Positions 6,863 through 9,568 of a stretch of 9,568 nt of DNA are shown here, piece after piece. Every line of letters starts with the position of its first letter. Within the stretch, counting starts at the first letter, position 1. Below the pieces are notes generated by a model. It saw only the letters and a program-made list of their open reading frames with translations. It was not told where the DNA came from and did not search any database. Position numbers and translations under genes: made by a program. This DNA is from an uncultured archaeon (GTDB lineage: Archaea > Iainarchaeota > Iainarchaeia > Iainarchaeales > 0-14-0-20-30-16). Location: contig CAZMGA010000017.1 of assembly GCA_964565725.1 (NCBI GenBank), forward strand, positions 3,948 through 13,515, given 5' to 3'.

Positions 6863-8890
6863 TCACTCATTTAACCAATATAGTTTTGAATTCCATTCTA
6901 AAACTTCTTCATGAGTTAAGCCAGTCATGTGTTCTTTTATATTAGTAAATTCTTCTTTATTTACTTTCCAAATTTTAACTGCTCCGTTATCATGAACTTT
7001 AGTAAAATATTTTGTTATTTCTGGATCATTAAACCATAATTTATACATTGTTCTTTTATTATTTTCTAAATCTAACATAAATATTGCACCTAATTTTTTA
7101 TCTAAATAATATATTACTGGTAATTTATTTTGCCATATTGATATTGGATTAGTAGTATAATTTGTAGGATATTTAGATAATTGTGCTAAACTAGGATTAA
7201 ATGATAATCTTTGATTACCAATATATGTCAAACTAGTACATTGATAATTTTGATAATTTATTTGTTGACATCCAAAAGGAATTATAATATTATTTGAAAT
7301 GTTGTATGCATTTTTTTCTAAAACATTTGCATACATTTGATAAGTATTTATACCTAATAATGTATCATAAGAAATTACAATATAATCTGAATCATATGCT
7401 TTAATTATTCCTAATGCTTTGTTTAAATCTTTTTCCAAAACAAATGCTGAAAAATCACCATTAGCTTGTTGATCTGCATTAGTATTATCTGTTGATGCTC
7501 TTTTATGTCCTATATATGTTATCCAATGACCCCAAGACCACCAATTAAACATTTTTGCATTTTCTGGTAAATCATTTTTCATAAATTCTAAAGAATCTAT
7601 CCAACCTTGTTCTGAAACAATATTTGGAGTGTGATTAAATGTAAATATTACTCCTGAGGCAATTCCTCCAAATAATAAAAACCCAGTTAAAACAGTTAAG
7701 AATATTTTCAAAGATTTTTTTATTTTATCTTCTTTAATTGCAATTATTAATGTAGCTATAGTAAAAGCAGCTAAAATTGTTAATCCTATTCCAAACCAAT
7801 ATGTTGCTTTTAGTTTATTATATGCTAAATACATTGTTGCAAATCCAATTACAAAACTTAATATTGCAATAGGTATGTTCCTATTTTTATATAAAGAATA
7901 AATAAATGCAATAATAAACAAAAATATAAAAGGTAAAAACATTCCATATTTGTTAGGAAAAGCTCCAATACCCATAGATTCTTCTCCAACAGATTTAGCA
8001 GCAAAACTTGATGATTCATTTTTTTGTGTATTTATTAAGTTTTCATTTACAAATATTCCTTTAGCATAATTTACTTGATAATTTAACCAATTAGTATTTG
8101 CCAAAGCCCCTAAAATACCAGTTATTGCAAATATTATTGCAAATAAAGATAAAAATGCAATAATTTTCTTTTTGTCTACTTTTTTAATTAAACAATATAT
8201 TAAATAAATTACAAAATAAGCTTCTAATAATACTGGTACAATAACAAATACACTCCATGTAAAAGCCATAATTCCAAACATTAATCCTGAAAGTGTAGCA
8301 TAAATTATATTTTCTTTATTTAATTTTGGATCTTTTAAAGCTTTAATTAAAAATGCAAAACCTAATGTAAACCATAAAAAACCATAAGAATCTTCTTCAT
8401 AAAACCCACCCATTTGTCTATATATGAAAGCGGGCATTACAGCACCTATAAAACCAGCAATATATCCTATAATATTACTGTTATAAGCCCATTTAAATAA
8501 TAAGTAAATAGCTAATGCTGTTAAAGCTCCATATAATGCGGGTAAAATTCTTACTAAAGCTATCCAATTTTCTTGTGTATATTGTGCTCCCAAATATACT
8601 AATTTATATGCTACAACTCCTGTGCCCCAAAAAAACCAAGAGTATTGTGGTGTAATTAATGATTTATTTGCATTATGGTATGTACCCATAGTATCTAATA
8701 TTGGTTTTTCTCCAGAAGATATCCAATCAGCATTCATTCTTGTATGCCAATAACTATCAAACTCAAACATTAAGTCATATCTTAATATTAAAGTTCTGAA
8801 ACCAAAAGCAATTATGAAAATTAAAAGTAATATTAAAATATGTTTCCAATATTTTATAAAAAATTGTTTTATTTTATTTAAAAAATTCAT
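6863..8890 (-). CDS. aglB: Oligosaccharyltransferase catalytic subunit, STT3/AglB family
   Basis: Multi-TM GT-C protein with EFDSYWHTRMNADWI (first acidic motif), GGFYEEDSYGFLWF (second acidic motif), NWWSWGHWITYIGHKRASTDNTNADQQ (WWDxG region). SD GGTGAT upstream of the ATG at 8890. Confidence 0.93.
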   Translation of the reverse strand: MNFLNKIKQFFIKYWKHILILLLIFIIAFGFRTLILRYDLMFEFDSYWHTRMNADWISSGEKPILDTMGTYHNANKSLITPQYSWFFWGTGVVAYKLVYLGAQYTQENWIALVRILPALYGALTALAIYLLFKWAYNSNIIGYIAGFIGAVMPAFIYRQMGGFYEEDSYGFLWFTLGFAFLIKALKDPKLNKENIIYATLSGLMFGIMAFTWSVFVIVPVLLEAYFVIYLIYCLIKKVDKKKIIAFLSLFAIIFAITGILGALANTNWLNYQVNYAKGIFVNENLINTQKNESSSFAAKSVGEESMGIGAFPNKYGMFLPFIFLFIIAFIYSLYKNRNIPIAILSFVIGFATMYLAYNKLKATYWFGIGLTILAAFTIATLIIAIKEDKIKKSLKIFLTVLTGFLLFGGIASGVIFTFNHTPNIVSEQGWIDSLEFMKNDLPENAKMFNWWSWGHWITYIGHKRASTDNTNADQQANGDFSAFVLEKDLNKALGIIKAYDSDYIVISYDTLLGINTYQMYANVLEKNAYNISNNIIIPFGCQQINYQNYQCTSLTYIGNQRLSFNPSLAQLSKYPTNYTTNPISIWQNKLPVIYYLDKKLGAIFMLDLENNKRTMYKLWFNDPEITKYFTKVHDNGAVKIWKVNKEEFTNIKEHMTGLTHEEVLEWNSKLYWLNE

Positions 8891-8923
8891 TAAATCACCA
8901 AAATTATAATATATAATAAATAA

Positions 8924-9568
8924 TTATTTTATAAATGTATTTTTATTTAACTTTTTGTTAGCAATATAAAATCTTTCAAAATTATCTGTTGGAAACCATT
9001 GTTTCTTATGTAAAAAGCCAAATAATCTTTCTTTTTTGGTTATTTTTTCAAATACTTCTTTTTCAATAGACATTTTTTTATCTTTCAAGTAATTTATAAT
9101 TTTTGGCTCTAAAATATATGCTCCTGCATTTATTAAATTACTATTTACCTTTTTAGTAGGTTTTTCTATAAATTTTATTATTTGATTATTTTTTAATTCT
9201 ATTACTCCATATTGAGATGTGTCTTTTACTTTAAATAACGCCAAAGTAGCTATTGCTTTATTTTTTTTATGTTCTTTAATCATTTCTTCAAAATTATAAT
9301 TTGCGATATTATCTCCATTAACTACAATAAATGTATTTTTTATTTTAAATTCATCAAAGGCCTTTTTTATTGATCCTCCCGTACCTAAATGTCCTGTTTT
9401 ATTACAAAAATAGATTTTTGTTTTTTTATCTTTGTAATTTTCAAAATATTTAATAATTTTTTCAGCTTTATAATCTATTGCTAAAATTATATTATTAATA
9501 TTATTCTTTTTTAGATTTTCAATAGTATAGTCCAATATTGTTTTGTTTTGAACTTTTATTAAAGGTTT
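8924..9568 (-). CDS. Sugar-phosphate nucleotidyltransferase (NTP_transferase family), 5' truncated by the window edge
   Basis: KPLIKVQNKTILDYTIENL read through to position 9568, then GHLGTGGSIKKAF, VVNGDN, YGVIEL, IEKPTKK, INAGAYIL. The track start at 9535 is an in-frame TTG, not the real start. Confidence 0.88.
   Translation of the reverse strand, partial: KPLIKVQNKTILDYTIENLKKNNINNIILAIDYKAEKIIKYFENYKDKKTKIYFCNKTGHLGTGGSIKKAFDEFKIKNTFIVVNGDNIANYNFEEMIKEHKKNKAIATLALFKVKDTSQYGVIELKNNQIIKFIEKPTKKVNSNLINAGAYILEPKIINYLKDKKMSIEKEVFEKITKKERLFGFLHKKQWFPTDNFERFYIANKKLNKNTFIK

Noticed and set aside
1-9568. CRISPR arrays, transposons, toxin-antitoxin or defence genes
   Set aside because: No regularly spaced repeats, transposase/integrase motifs or terminal inverted repeats, and no toxin or defence nuclease signatures in any of the translated ORFs.

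Overview
The window is a very AT-rich, compactly organised archaeal segment, probably from a DPANN-type lineage; that placement is inferred from an NMD3-like protein, an AglB/STT3 protein, a TrmB regulator and TTTATATA promoter boxes, not from a search. From left to right it holds: the 3' end of a + strand gene; a divergent PAP2-like membrane phosphatase (-); a coiled-coil protein and a short NMD3-family protein (+); a three-gene - strand operon (membrane-anchored ectodomain protein, small coiled-coil protein, archaeal XRE-type regulator); a TrmB-family regulator (+); and a - strand cluster of sugar nucleotidyltransferase, AglB-like oligosaccharyltransferase, AglH/ALG7-like GlcNAc-1-P transferase and a small sequon-bearing secreted protein. 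The most interesting signal is noncoding. Between the TrmB gene and the glycosylation cluster, 5143-5268 folds into a tight three-way junction (helices of 8, 11, 8 and 10 bp with 0-1 nt between the junction helices) with a possible pseudoknot. It sits about 26 bp downstream of a TTTATATA box and resembles no RNA family I recognise. Secondary points are a WWSWG replacement of the WWDxG motif in AglB, degenerate PAP2 motifs, and an 18-bp palindrome made of two back-to-back AAA-GAA-TAA gene ends.
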